64,000 nucleotides of DNA from Paenibacillaceae bacterium. Lineage in GTDB: Bacteria > Bacillota > Bacilli > Paenibacillales > UBA4045. The stretch spans positions 1,961 to 65,960 of the forward strand of contig JBBDIY010000083.1 in the NCBI GenBank assembly GCA_040880185.1, in the 5' to 3' direction. This document shows positions 39,579 through 49,436 of the stretch, one piece after another; position 1 is the first letter of the stretch; each line of letters opens with the position of its first letter. Made by a program: the position numbers and the translations under genes. The notes beneath the pieces were generated by a model. That model was not told the origin of the DNA. It ran no database searches and saw only the letters and a list, made by a program, of their open reading frames with translations.

Positions 39579-40363
39579 ACCAGATCGATGATGCGGCCGT
39601 CTTTGGCGCTACGGGCATATACCCACAGCTCTCCTCCAGCTGTCGTCGGTGTTTGATCGAATGTCAGCGCTGTTGAGAAGGAGCCATAAGCAGGTGCGCC
39701 AGCGGAGGTGGTCAAATATTGTTCTTTTGTCACCACTACTCCATGATCGTCCCTAACCTGATATTCAATGCTTGCCTCGAATGCTCGTGCAATACCTTCA
39801 ATAGCTTGCCCTGAGTTTACACGAGTACCTGGAAGCGGCCTGTATACGATAATATTATGTGATAAGGGTAAAGGAACAATAAGTCGATATCCAACGAACA
39901 ATACATCAGGAGAGAATCCTGGTCTACCCTGATTGGCCATGATGAGCTGATTAAGGGGAATACCCATCCCACGAGATAGACCATACAGGGTCTGACCGGC
40001 TTCCACTTCATAGATGAATGCTGGGATGTTCAAGGGCACTCCTGGATAGATCAGATTGATATTCGTAACTTGTGGATTCAACCCTGCCATAATATCCGGT
40101 GTAGCTGAGAATCTCCGTCCGATGCTGTACAACGTATCTCCCGGACTTACGATGTACGAGATTGCCGATCTCTGACCTACCCCAATTTCGGATATAACGA
40201 TGAGTTGTCCCGGGAAAATTAAGAATGGATCCGTAAAAGGCGGGAACAGCGCATTCGTCTGCTCAATCAGCTGAATCGGACTACCAAATCGTTGTGAAAT
40301 TGTGTATAACGTGTCACCGGGTCGGATCGTATACAGATAATGGATACCTTCTATAATCGCCAT
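39554..40363 (-). CDS. LysM-repeat protein with C-terminal Gmad2 Ig-like domain
   Basis: Three Y.V..G.TLY LysM repeats; G.ARAFEA, S.KDG Gmad2 motifs. Confidence 0.85.
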   Translation of the reverse strand: MAIIEGIHYLYTIRPGDTLYTISQRFGSPIQLIEQTNALFPPFTDPFLIFPGQLIVISEIGVGQRSAISYIVSPGDTLYSIGRRFSATPDIMAGLNPQVTNINLIYPGVPLNIPAFIYEVEAGQTLYGLSRGMGIPLNQLIMANQGRPGFSPDVLFVGYRLIVPLPLSHNIIVYRPLPGTRVNSGQAIEGIARAFEASIEYQVRDDHGVVVTKEQYLTTSAGAPAYGSFSTALTFDQTPTTAGGELWVYARSAKDGRIIDLVQVRVYFT

Positions 40364-40445
40364 TCATACCACACCCCTCATATATCATTCATACTCATGA
40401 TATACAACCACGTGGGTTAATATGACTTATTCTGGATTCATTTAC

Positions 40446-40472
40446 TGAAACCTATTGTCCACATTCTTCGTC
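40446..40472 (+). promoter_or_regulatory. ECF sigma (SigM/W/X-type) promoter
   Basis: TGAAAC-N17-CGTC upstream of 40543. Confidence 0.55.
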
Positions 40473-40542
40473 AACATGTGATAGGATAGGAGAACACTAA
40501 TTACAATCTACATAAAGACCATACAGAAAGGGTAATCCAACT

Positions 40543-41016
40543 ATGACCGAAATCATCTATGAATCTGAAACGAATCTAGCTCGAAAAGATTTAACTCGTA
40601 CTCACAAAGTTATTCCTAAGTGGATCAAATGGTCTGCCATCAGCCTATGCTGGGCAGTACTCATCTATGGCACCTATAATCTTGCTCATTATTATATCGG
40701 TGATATTCGTCAGCAACTCGTCATGATCCAAGAAACCAATGATGAGAATGTTCTGACCTTGAACACCAAGCTGGAAGCTTTACAGACAAGCCTGAATGAG
40801 CACAAGGAGCAAGCCGAATTACTTCAACAGCAATTTAGTGTCGTAGAAAGTGAACTAGGAGCTGTGAAGGAAGAAATGTCCTTAGCTGGGGATACATTGA
40901 GCTCATCAGCAGAGACGAAACAAGCACTCAGCGAACGGATCACAGCGCTAAGCACTGAACTAGGGGAGCTCCGTAAATTGATCAAAAAACTGGAGGAAGC
41001 TGCCCGTGCATACTAG
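40543..41016 (+). CDS. Membrane-anchored coiled-coil protein
   Basis: One TM then heptad-rich helix; overlaps next gene. Confidence 0.7.
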   Translation: MTEIIYESETNLARKDLTRTHKVIPKWIKWSAISLCWAVLIYGTYNLAHYYIGDIRQQLVMIQETNDENVLTLNTKLEALQTSLNEHKEQAELLQQQFSVVESELGAVKEEMSLAGDTLSSSAETKQALSERITALSTELGELRKLIKKLEEAARAY

Positions 41017-42112
41017 AGCATTTCTACTCCTATCGCTAATATTCTGCACGATGATCTGTGGATTTTTCTTTGCATTCTACAAACAAGCACCTTCCCTAAC
41101 CGAACCATATAAGCTGGCGATTATTCCAACAGAACCGATAGAACAGCACGTGGATTTACTACAAACGGATCTAAATAGCACCCAACTTGCCTACGAAGGT
41201 ATTGCCGAGAAATCGAACTCTACTGAAGGGCAACTAACAACCATTCATACGGTACTTAGTGAGTTGATCAAGGATACCAAGCTGGAGAGCGCACAATATA
41301 AGGAGCAACAGAAATCCATCAATGCGATGGTCTTGGAAAGTGCCGCCCATACCAAGGAAGCAACAGGTATGTTAGACACTATATTATCGAAGGTTTTAGG
41401 CAAACCCATTGGACAAACGTTCGGGGAGCGCGCCAATATTAAGATTTTTTCACTCAAGGATGCAGGTTATCGAGGTTATATGGCAAAGGTTAAACTTCAT
41501 GATCCCACTGCAGTGAAGCTCGTGCTATCAGGTGATAAGGTCGGTCATAAGGGTGAAACAACTAAATCTGCCGCTAAGCGAACGAATGCGATACTCGCCA
41601 TTAATGGTGGAGGGTTCTCCAAGAAGAAAGGACTACTGTATCCAATGGGGATTACAGTCGTTAACAAAGTAGTTAAGACATTCTATGATACGAAATTGAG
41701 CTTCATTGGATTCAATGACCAAGGCAATTTGGTAGGCGGGAACGTAACAAGTAAGAAGCAGATTGCCGATATGAACATCCTGCAAGGAGCAACTTTCGTC
41801 CCTACTTTATTGAAAAATGGCAAGAAAATGACCATCCCTCAAGCCTATGCCCATACGAAACAGCCTCGCACATTAATCGGCCATTTCTCTAATGGCGATT
41901 TATTGTTCATCGTCATTGATGGCAGACAAAAGGGAAGCTCTGGCGTAACTTTGGAGGAAGCTCAGGATAAGCTGCTTGAATTTAATGTTCGTGATGCCTA
42001 TACGCTTGATGGTGGTGGATCTAGCACCTTTGTCTACAAAGGGAAGGTGTTAAACAATCCATCCGATGGCAACGAGCGTAAGGTCGTATCAAGCTTCGTG
42101 ATTGTCCCATAA
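41006..42112 (+). CDS. Phosphodiester glycosidase (NAGPA/DUF2233) family protein
   Basis: AINGGGF, PRT.IG, VIDGRQ, LDGGGSS, NNPSDG.ER. Confidence 0.88.
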   Translation: MHTRAFLLLSLIFCTMICGFFFAFYKQAPSLTEPYKLAIIPTEPIEQHVDLLQTDLNSTQLAYEGIAEKSNSTEGQLTTIHTVLSELIKDTKLESAQYKEQQKSINAMVLESAAHTKEATGMLDTILSKVLGKPIGQTFGERANIKIFSLKDAGYRGYMAKVKLHDPTAVKLVLSGDKVGHKGETTKSAAKRTNAILAINGGGFSKKKGLLYPMGITVVNKVVKTFYDTKLSFIGFNDQGNLVGGNVTSKKQIADMNILQGATFVPTLLKNGKKMTIPQAYAHTKQPRTLIGHFSNGDLLFIVIDGRQKGSSGVTLEEAQDKLLEFNVRDAYTLDGGGSSTFVYKGKVLNNPSDGNERKVVSSFVIVP

Positions 42113-43198
42113 TTTGATTACCTGTGTACTCGCTAACCGGTCATGGATACATCTAGCCTCTCCTGAGAATATAAACAAGACATCCACTAAACTATAAAAG
42201 GGCACAATCATGCCAATTATATAATTAGCGACCAAACGAAGTAGAACATTATGAAGGAAACCACCCTCTGCACCAGTATCCGCTCTCACAATTTTGAGCT
42301 TCATTAACCATTTGCCGATCGTCTGCCCATTGATAGAGAGATGAATGGCAAGGTAGGTTACCCAACTCAGCCATGTGATCGAGATGAATAAGATCATTTG
42401 ACCTTCGCTATCATTCATTGCACCTGGAACAATAGCAGCAATCGTTATGACGATGAAGATGGACAATTCAATCGCCTTAGCCGCTAATCGAGCCCAGATA
42501 TTAGCCTGAACAAATGGAGAATGGATCATATCAGCTGTCCACTCAGTTGCTAACGTTGGTATTGGTGCTAGTGCTGGTATTGGTGCTAGTGCTGGTATTG
42601 GTGCTAGTGCTGGTATTGGTGCTAGCACACAAATATATAGATATTGATTAATCCAATGTGTTGTAAGAAGGAATATCACGTACATAAACATATACCCTAA
42701 TAAGATTATATAAGTAACTACCGTTCCACCCCAGCCTTCATCGGCAATAAGTGTGAATGGGATCAACCCAAAGAAGAAAATATAGATGAAGACCACCATG
42801 ATCTTGATTTTTGTCGCTTTTTTTGCGATCAAGGGGTTTTTCGCAAAATAGTTACTCATCTGTTTAAAGGTTGAAGCAATTCCCCAAAACTGAACTAAAG
42901 GTAGCACCATCCGAAGTAAGTAGTCTATCTCATTAATTGGATATTGAGGCTCTATTCTTCGTAACGCACTGTGTACACGTAGTAACCATAATAAGTATGA
43001 GACAATCGCTATGATAAGAATTTCTTTCTCATATGTAATGATCACTTGGTCGAAGGCACTCAGATTATCAAAATAGAAGTCGGTATAAAAATCATAAGCG
43101 AGTTGATTTATTAGGATACATACGGTTAAGAGTAGGAAGATGGCTAGCAACAGGAAGTGAATTTTTCCGAATAAACGTGATGGATAGCTCACAGGCAA
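42089..43198 (-). CDS. Membrane protein with C-terminal RDD domain
   Basis: A.IWARLAA, GQTIGK....KIV, HDRLA.T.V. Confidence 0.8.
   Translation of the reverse strand: MPVSYPSRLFGKIHFLLLAIFLLLTVCILINQLAYDFYTDFYFDNLSAFDQVIITYEKEILIIAIVSYLLWLLRVHSALRRIEPQYPINEIDYLLRMVLPLVQFWGIASTFKQMSNYFAKNPLIAKKATKIKIMVVFIYIFFFGLIPFTLIADEGWGGTVVTYIILLGYMFMYVIFLLTTHWINQYLYICVLAPIPALAPIPALAPIPALAPIPTLATEWTADMIHSPFVQANIWARLAAKAIELSIFIVITIAAIVPGAMNDSEGQMILFISITWLSWVTYLAIHLSINGQTIGKWLMKLKIVRADTGAEGGFLHNVLLRLVANYIIGMIVPFYSLVDVLFIFSGEARCIHDRLASTQVIKLWDNHEA
42557..42625. repeat. 18-bp intragenic tandem repeat x3.8 (encodes PIPALA)
   Basis: Perfect copies of tggtattggtgctagtgc. Confidence 0.95.
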
Positions 43199-43208
43199 AT
43201 CCCCCTCT

Positions 43209-43979
43209 CTATGGCAATGTTTTTAGAACTTGAATGGCTTCATCCAGCGTAGACACCGGGATAACCTGCATGGTCAGCCCACGCTCGGCAACTACATTCC
43301 TCGCCTCTACCTCATTGCTCCACTCCCCATTCCATTCCTCATCTTTCGGAATGAAGAAGTGTGTGACATGCGCTCTCTCGGCAACAATTAATTTCTGCTC
43401 TATTCCTCCTATTGCTCCTACAGAGAAATCCTCCTCGATCGTACCTGTCCCCGCTATGATATATTGCCCACTCTGGGAGTAGTCTGCTTGTTCACTCTCT
43501 TCCATGAGCCCCACTGCAACCATCAGTCCAAGTGAATCGCCATAATAATTCGATGTGTCTGCAAGAACTTGATCCAATCGTTCATTGGTTAACCCCGAAA
43601 CTAAATCAGAATTCGATTCAGTTATGACCGCATTGAATGCATGAACAACGGTATCCACTCTATATTGAGACAACTCATCTAAATCCTCATTAAACTCTGC
43701 ATAATAAGAGCCAATTCTCGTAAATTCAATATCCTTGTCACCAATGAACATTCGCATATACCATTTCTCTATCGGATTATCGGTTGTTCCATTATAGATC
43801 CATACCATATGAGCACTACTCTGGATACCAATATCCTGCAACGATACCATCTCACCGGGTGCATAAAACTCATAATAAATTGGATATCTCACAAAGCCGA
43901 TAACACCCAATGTTATCATAACTATCGCTATTGCTACTGCCCATTCTCTTCGACTTTCATGGAGCCAACTCGACCGCAT
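43209..43979 (-). CDS. Membrane-anchored Lon-type (S16) protease domain protein, YlbL-like without PDZ
   Basis: GDSLGL (Ser), IAGTGTI, GAIGGIEQK (Lys), PV.TLDEA. Confidence 0.75.
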   Translation of the reverse strand: MRSSWLHESRREWAVAIAIVMITLGVIGFVRYPIYYEFYAPGEMVSLQDIGIQSSAHMVWIYNGTTDNPIEKWYMRMFIGDKDIEFTRIGSYYAEFNEDLDELSQYRVDTVVHAFNAVITESNSDLVSGLTNERLDQVLADTSNYYGDSLGLMVAVGLMEESEQADYSQSGQYIIAGTGTIEEDFSVGAIGGIEQKLIVAERAHVTHFFIPKDEEWNGEWSNEVEARNVVAERGLTMQVIPVSTLDEAIQVLKTLP

Positions 43980-44204
43980 AATGAACTCTCCTCTTAATAG
44001 AAGATGGGCAAAATTTCCTTAGATTAGTATAGCAACATTTGACGAATAAAGTCTATGTAAAGATGGTAGCTCTTCATATGCAGCACATCTCCCGAAAGAT
44101 AGAATCTCCACAAACCGATTCACCCAAGCTTCAAAGCAGGCATATGCTTATTAATATAGAGAGTAGTCAATAAAGTCAGATGAGGAAAGGGATGGGGGAT
44201 TATT

Positions 44205-45221
44205 ATAAACACTCGTGTTCGGCTGGGTTTCCTAATCTTCATGATATCAACATTAGTGTTAGCTGCTTGTACAGGTTCGAACAGTCCCACAACTGAAAAG
44301 ATAACCCAGAAGGTACGGTTTTCAGAGGTTATTCGATCTATCTTCTACGCTCCCCATTACGTAGCGATGGAGAAGGGATTTTTCGCGGAAGAAGGAATTG
44401 AGGTCGATATGGTCACAGCACAAGGCTCGGACAAGGGGGCTGCCGCTCTGATCGCTGGCACTGCAGACATCTCACTTATCGGTCCAGAGACAACCATATT
44501 CATATTCAATCAGAATGGTGACAAGACCCTCAAGGTTTTCCATCAACTGACCTCGACTGATGGTTCATTCTTGATGTCACACAACAAAATCGACAATTTT
44601 ACATGGAGTCAACTGGAAGGGAAAACCGTACTTGGCTGGCGTCCCGGAAGCGCACCACAGGTTGTATTCAATTCACTGCTGTTAAAGAAGAAAGTAGAAG
44701 ATGTCGAGGTTATTACCAACATTGCCGCTCCGGCTTTGGCGGGTGCATTCACAAATGGGCAAGGTGATTTCATTCAGGTGTTCGAACCCGTCGCTTCCAC
44801 TCTAGAGAAAGAAGGAATCGCATTCTTCGTCACTTCACTTGGCAAAGAAATCGGAAATTTCCCAGAAACCTCCTACGTTGCCGAAGCTGCCTACCTGAAG
44901 GACCATCCAAAGATCATACAGGGTTGGGTTAATGCGGTAAGTAAGGCTGCACAATGGATTAACGATAGCTCGTCAGAAGAAGCAGCAAAGGCTCTGTTAC
45001 CGTATTTTGATGGAGCCAGTGAAGAGAGTATTATCCAATCCGTAGAGCGGTATAAAGAACAGGATACATGGGTGACCAACCCAGAGATGACCCAAGAGCA
45101 ATTTACTACGCTACAGCAGGTTCTTCTGGAGAATGAATTACTCCAAGAAGATCAGAAGGTCAATTTGGAAGATATCGCTGATATGACCTTCGCTAAGAAA
45201 GCAGGGAAAGGAGCGAATTAA
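44205..45221 (+). CDS. ABC transporter substrate-binding lipoprotein, NMT1/SsuA (YtlA-like); start uncertain (ATA 44205 or ATG 44241)
   Basis: EV.RSIFYAP.YVA..KGFF, DG.FL, FEP.A; lipobox LAAC. Confidence 0.85.
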   Translation: MNTRVRLGFLIFMISTLVLAACTGSNSPTTEKITQKVRFSEVIRSIFYAPHYVAMEKGFFAEEGIEVDMVTAQGSDKGAAALIAGTADISLIGPETTIFIFNQNGDKTLKVFHQLTSTDGSFLMSHNKIDNFTWSQLEGKTVLGWRPGSAPQVVFNSLLLKKKVEDVEVITNIAAPALAGAFTNGQGDFIQVFEPVASTLEKEGIAFFVTSLGKEIGNFPETSYVAEAAYLKDHPKIIQGWVNAVSKAAQWINDSSSEEAAKALLPYFDGASEESIIQSVERYKEQDTWVTNPEMTQEQFTTLQQVLLENELLQEDQKVNLEDIADMTFAKKAGKGAN

Positions 45222-45225
45222 CCTC

Positions 45226-46008
45226 ATGTCACAGATTGAACTGCGCAATGTATCGTTAAGCTACTTCACTTCAAAAAGCGAAACCAAAGCACTGCGTGAC
45301 ATTCATCTGAGCGTGAAGGACGAGGAGTTTATTAGTCTGGTAGGACCGAGTGGCTGTGGTAAAAGCACGCTGCTCTCCCTCATCTCAGGTATGATCAAAC
45401 CGACTAAAGGTGAGGTGTTATTGTTCGGGGAAGCTCTCCACAGTGCTTCCCCTCGCGTTGGCTATATGCTGCAACACGATTACTTGTTCGAATGGCGAGA
45501 TATTCTCAGTAATGTGATGGTCGGTGCGGAAATTCGCAGGATGGACCTGAAACAAGCTAAACAGAGAGCAATTGATTTACTTGATCATTACGGACTTGCT
45601 GACTTTGCCTATTACAATCCGAACCAACTCTCAGGCGGCATGCGTCAGCGAGTAGCACTCATCCGCACATTGATGACGGATCCAGATATCCTCTTACTCG
45701 ATGAGCCTTTCTCCTCCATCGATTATCAGACTCGATTATCCTTGCAGGATGAATTCTCATCCATTATCCGAAGCCAAGGGAAAACTGCAATTTTAGTCAC
45801 TCATGACATATCTGAAGCTATAGCAATGGCAGATCGAGTTTGTGTCATGTCTCCAAGACCCAGTACAATTACCACCATTCACGATATCCACTTTGCAACA
45901 TTACTTCGACCTACTCCACTGCTATCACGGCAAGAGCCGGAGTACAATTCATACTTCAATACGATTTGGAAGGAGATGAAGGGAAGTGGCGCAATTCACA
46001 AAGAATAA
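45226..46008 (+). CDS. ABC transporter ATPase (YtlC/TauB-like)
   Basis: GPSGCGKST, LSGGMRQR, LLLDEPF. Confidence 0.93.
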   Translation: MSQIELRNVSLSYFTSKSETKALRDIHLSVKDEEFISLVGPSGCGKSTLLSLISGMIKPTKGEVLLFGEALHSASPRVGYMLQHDYLFEWRDILSNVMVGAEIRRMDLKQAKQRAIDLLDHYGLADFAYYNPNQLSGGMRQRVALIRTLMTDPDILLLDEPFSSIDYQTRLSLQDEFSSIIRSQGKTAILVTHDISEAIAMADRVCVMSPRPSTITTIHDIHFATLLRPTPLLSRQEPEYNSYFNTIWKEMKGSGAIHKE

Positions 46009-46843
46009 TAAGTATGAACCTAACACCTCTCCCCCACATCCAGCTTATTCACCCCACTACACTGCTTACCTTCGCATGAAACGTAACAATAAATGGTTAA
46101 TACGATTTGCGCAATTGATGGTCCTTATTGTATTCCTTGGATGTTGGGAGCTATTCGCTTTTAAAGGCTGGGTAGAACCTATGTTAACAAGTCGCCCTTC
46201 ATTAATCTTCTCCTCATTATCGGATTTATTACTAAGCGGTAATATCCTGTATCACACATGGGTTACAACTAAGGAAACGATAATAGCTATATCCATATCT
46301 ATGACGCTCGGAACAATCATCGCTATTCTGTTCTGGTGGTCTGCCTTCATCTCTAAAGTGCTCGATCCTTACATTGTTGTCATGAACGCGCTGCCCAAGG
46401 TAGCTCTTGGACCTATCTTCTACATCTGGCTTGGAGACCGCATATCGATTTATGGTATGGCTATTGCTATCTCGATCATAGTCACAATCATCATGGTGGA
46501 AAGTGGATTCAAGGAAATTGGCAAAAGTAAGCTGAAATTGATGGAATCTTTAGGAGCTACCCGTTTCCAAATGCTGATCATGGTACTTCTTCCAGCAAGC
46601 ATACCTAATTTCGTTGCTACAGTGAAGGTTAATGTAGGTTTAACGCTTGTGGGTGTCATCATGGGTGAGTTTCTTTCATCCAAGGCTGGACTCGGGTATT
46701 TAATTATCTATGGCGGACAAGTTTTTCAGATGAACCTAGTAATGACTAGCATTGTCCTGCTGGCGATATTATCTATTGTATTGTATGGTGTTGCTACTTA
46801 TCTGGGCAACAAGCTGCTTAAGAAGTATCACTTTGAATCTTAA
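45986..46843 (+). CDS. ABC transporter permease (YtlD-like)
   Basis: LPKVALGP, GEFL.SKAGLGYLIIYG.QVF. Confidence 0.9.
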   Translation: MAQFTKNNKYEPNTSPPHPAYSPHYTAYLRMKRNNKWLIRFAQLMVLIVFLGCWELFAFKGWVEPMLTSRPSLIFSSLSDLLLSGNILYHTWVTTKETIIAISISMTLGTIIAILFWWSAFISKVLDPYIVVMNALPKVALGPIFYIWLGDRISIYGMAIAISIIVTIIMVESGFKEIGKSKLKLMESLGATRFQMLIMVLLPASIPNFVATVKVNVGLTLVGVIMGEFLSSKAGLGYLIIYGGQVFQMNLVMTSIVLLAILSIVLYGVATYLGNKLLKKYHFES

Positions 46844-47020
46844 ATAGAAGGCAGAATACGATAACGTGCTGAGGTCATATTTACGTTAGACAGCTGCATG
46901 AATACATCCTGTTCAATGTCTTCTGCATCATTAATTGAACCAAGCATCCTGTATGATAACCCAAACAGCTGAGAGCGATATTGGACATATGCCTGTTCTA
47001 GATTCATGATTTTCTCCATC
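46840..47020 (-). pseudogene. Truncated ECF sigma factor (SigJ/ECF41-like region 2 fragment)
   Basis: YRSQLFGLSYRMLGSINDAEDIEQDVF then early stop; no region 4. Confidence 0.7.
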
Positions 47021-47097
47021 TGATCGACCCAATTACCACGATTTGGAAGCAACCTCATGCAATTTTTTATCGTCTGTATATCGAGGTGATTCCATAA

Positions 47098-48153
47098 ATG
47101 ATCATTAATAAAAGTATCATAAGACCAGCAGCAATCCTAATCGCTTTACTACTTCTTACCCCTGCTACTCTCTCAAATGCAATGAATACCGTAGAAACTA
47201 TAAATCCAGAGCCCCCCATTATCTATATAGATGGTCAGAGGCTACAGCCCAAAGTCGATCCTATAATCATTAATGGTAACACACTCGTTCCGATGAGAGA
47301 TATTTTTGAAGAACAAGGTGCTGAACTGGAGTGGAATGCTCCAAGTCGCAAAGTAACTGCAACCAAGGATGACATTAGCTTTACTTACATAATCGGGCAA
47401 ACAAAAGCCTACAAGAACAACCAACCATTGAGCCTTTCCGTACCCGGTCAGATCGTCGATGGATATACACTTGTACCACTTCGTCTAGTTAGTGAAACCC
47501 TTGGAAATGTAGTAAAATGGCACCCGAAATCTAGGACAATCTCTATCTCGTCAGCCAAACAGTTCGAAACCTCAGTCGACTATGGTATAAACCTACGTGA
47601 TAACCCGAGCAGTGGGTCTAATAGTCTAGTATATCGACTTATTCCTAAGGGCGAACGTGTACATGTTATTCGAGAGATCGATGCGAATTGGTTGGAAGTT
47701 CAAACCAAGGACATGGTGATCGGGTTTATCTCAGCCAAACCGATGTACACCGATTATTCAAGTCCATCCTTGGTCAATCGACAAGCGGATGAACTGATCG
47801 CCTATGGGGAAACCTTCGCTGGAACCCCATATGAATTCGGGGCATCGCCTAATCAGACCGATACTTTTGACTGCTCGTCCTTCGTGAAGCATGTGTTCAA
47901 GCATGTTCTCGGTATGGATCTGCCCCGAGTGTCTTATAATCAGGCTGGTGAAGGACAAGAAATCAGTAAGGAAGATCTTCGCAAGGGGGATTTAGTATTC
48001 TTCAGCGCTCGTGGTCTCGATATTGGGCATGTCGGTATTTATGCGGGTAACAATCAAATCCTACACACATTTTCTAAGGAAAAAGGTGTGCATTACAGTA
48101 GCTTCGATGGGCAATTAAAGGAGAGGTTTGATACCGCCCGTAGACTTTTCTAA
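47098..48153 (+). CDS. NlpC/P60 cell-wall endopeptidase with copper-amine-oxidase-N and SH3b domains
   Basis: TLVPMR/TLVPLR; G.NLR..PS; FDCSS, GHVGIY.G, LH. Confidence 0.9.
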   Translation: MIINKSIIRPAAILIALLLLTPATLSNAMNTVETINPEPPIIYIDGQRLQPKVDPIIINGNTLVPMRDIFEEQGAELEWNAPSRKVTATKDDISFTYIIGQTKAYKNNQPLSLSVPGQIVDGYTLVPLRLVSETLGNVVKWHPKSRTISISSAKQFETSVDYGINLRDNPSSGSNSLVYRLIPKGERVHVIREIDANWLEVQTKDMVIGFISAKPMYTDYSSPSLVNRQADELIAYGETFAGTPYEFGASPNQTDTFDCSSFVKHVFKHVLGMDLPRVSYNQAGEGQEISKEDLRKGDLVFFSARGLDIGHVGIYAGNNQILHTFSKEKGVHYSSFDGQLKERFDTARRLF

Positions 48154-48300
48154 ATTGTGGATTTTCCGTTTGAATTGTAATATGATCAAGTCAAGTACCA
48201 TTGCGGCTCAAGACTCAAGAGGTCGGTGGGGAAGGTTAGTTGTCGGTGGTCGGTGGTCAGTCGTCGGAGATCAGTCGTCGGACGCATGGTCCGTGGTTTG

Positions 48301-48499
48301 TTAAGGGACTTTCGGACCCTTAATAGTTAACATAACACTTACTTTTCAAGATATAACGACCTCTGAGGCCTTTATTTCAGAATCGACACCCCATTTATAG
48401 TTGATTGAGGGGATATACGTTATCTTAACGGCCCTCCAGGCCTTTAACAAGGGAAGAAATCCAGCTTTCATCGGAAATAAGGCCCTGGGAAACCGTTAT
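48301..48499. repeat. Array of four 23-bp imperfect inverted repeats, homologous to 19566-19764
   Basis: Units at 48301, 48353, 48425, 48477 (last inverted); shares ttaatagttaacataac with the 19.6 kb array. Confidence 0.8.
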
Positions 48500-48608
48500 A
48501 TAAAGGACTTGGGGCTATTTAGCCACAAAATCTTTTTATCGACCACAGTATTATTATTTTCCACTCAGTATGAGCCCGACAGGGCATCACTTTTAGGAGG
48601 TTGAATAC

Positions 48609-48995
48609 ATGGCCAAGCTATCCCCGTACATATATTCTGAGGATGCAAGACAACAAGCAGAGTTCTACGTCAAAGCACTTCGGGGCGAGATTATTAGCAT
48701 AAAAACCTATGCAGATATGCCCCATGCACCTGAGGAAATGAAGGATCAAGTCATGCATCTTGTCCTTAAAGTTGGCGAGCAGCAATTTTACTTAGCTGAC
48801 TCCAGCATGATCCAGTCAGGCAATCAGATTGATATCACACTCGAGTTCGACACCGAATCTGAAGCCATACTGACTTTCGCGGGATTGTCCGAGGGCGGAG
48901 AGGTCATTATGCCGTTCGAGAAGATGTTCCGGGGCACTATGTTCGGACGAGTTGAGGACCCATATGGCGTTCGCTGGCAGATTGCAACGGTGTAA
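48609..48995 (+). CDS. VOC/PhnB family protein
   Basis: A.EFY, VMH..L, LSEGG.V.MP, FG...DPYGV.W. Confidence 0.88.
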   Translation: MAKLSPYIYSEDARQQAEFYVKALRGEIISIKTYADMPHAPEEMKDQVMHLVLKVGEQQFYLADSSMIQSGNQIDITLEFDTESEAILTFAGLSEGGEVIMPFEKMFRGTMFGRVEDPYGVRWQIATV

Positions 48996-48999
48996 TCCT

Positions 49000-49347
49000 A
49001 TGGACCATCATCGACTCAACGATTATGCGCTGAACAAACCGGGCACATCACGACGATATCCATTTGATCCACAACTACCTGTTCTCTTCGTCGGTGAGAA
49101 GATGTTTGCACTGCTCGGCCATACTGATGGCATTGAGAGTGTTAACCTGAAGGGCGACCCTGAACAGAATTGGGTGCTACGCGAGCAATATCCTGGAGTG
49201 ATCCTACCCGGTTACCATATGAACAAAAGGCACTGGAACACCATTCTATTGAACGGGTCCGTGCCAGAAGAGATCTTATTGCAGTTAATTGACGAGTCAT
49301 ATCTATTAGTGTGGCGAGGTTTGCCGAGAACAGCGCGACAACAATAA
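49000..49347 (+). CDS. MmcQ/YjbR family DNA-binding protein
   Basis: KMFA, NLK.DP, PGYHMNKRHWN, IDESY.LV; start ATG 49000. Confidence 0.9.
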   Translation: MDHHRLNDYALNKPGTSRRYPFDPQLPVLFVGEKMFALLGHTDGIESVNLKGDPEQNWVLREQYPGVILPGYHMNKRHWNTILLNGSVPEEILLQLIDESYLLVWRGLPRTARQQ

Positions 49348-49389
49348 AACCGCCTGAAGATATTCTTTTGCTCTTCCTCTGCAATCCCT
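49345..49389 (-). repeat. 45-bp orphan fragment of the histidine kinase gene remnant at 51329-51373
   Basis: 3 mismatches in 45 bp. Confidence 0.85.
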
Positions 49390-49436
49390 GACTTAAAGGC
49401 CATCCATTGCGGGATGGCTTTTTCTACGTCGGGAAA

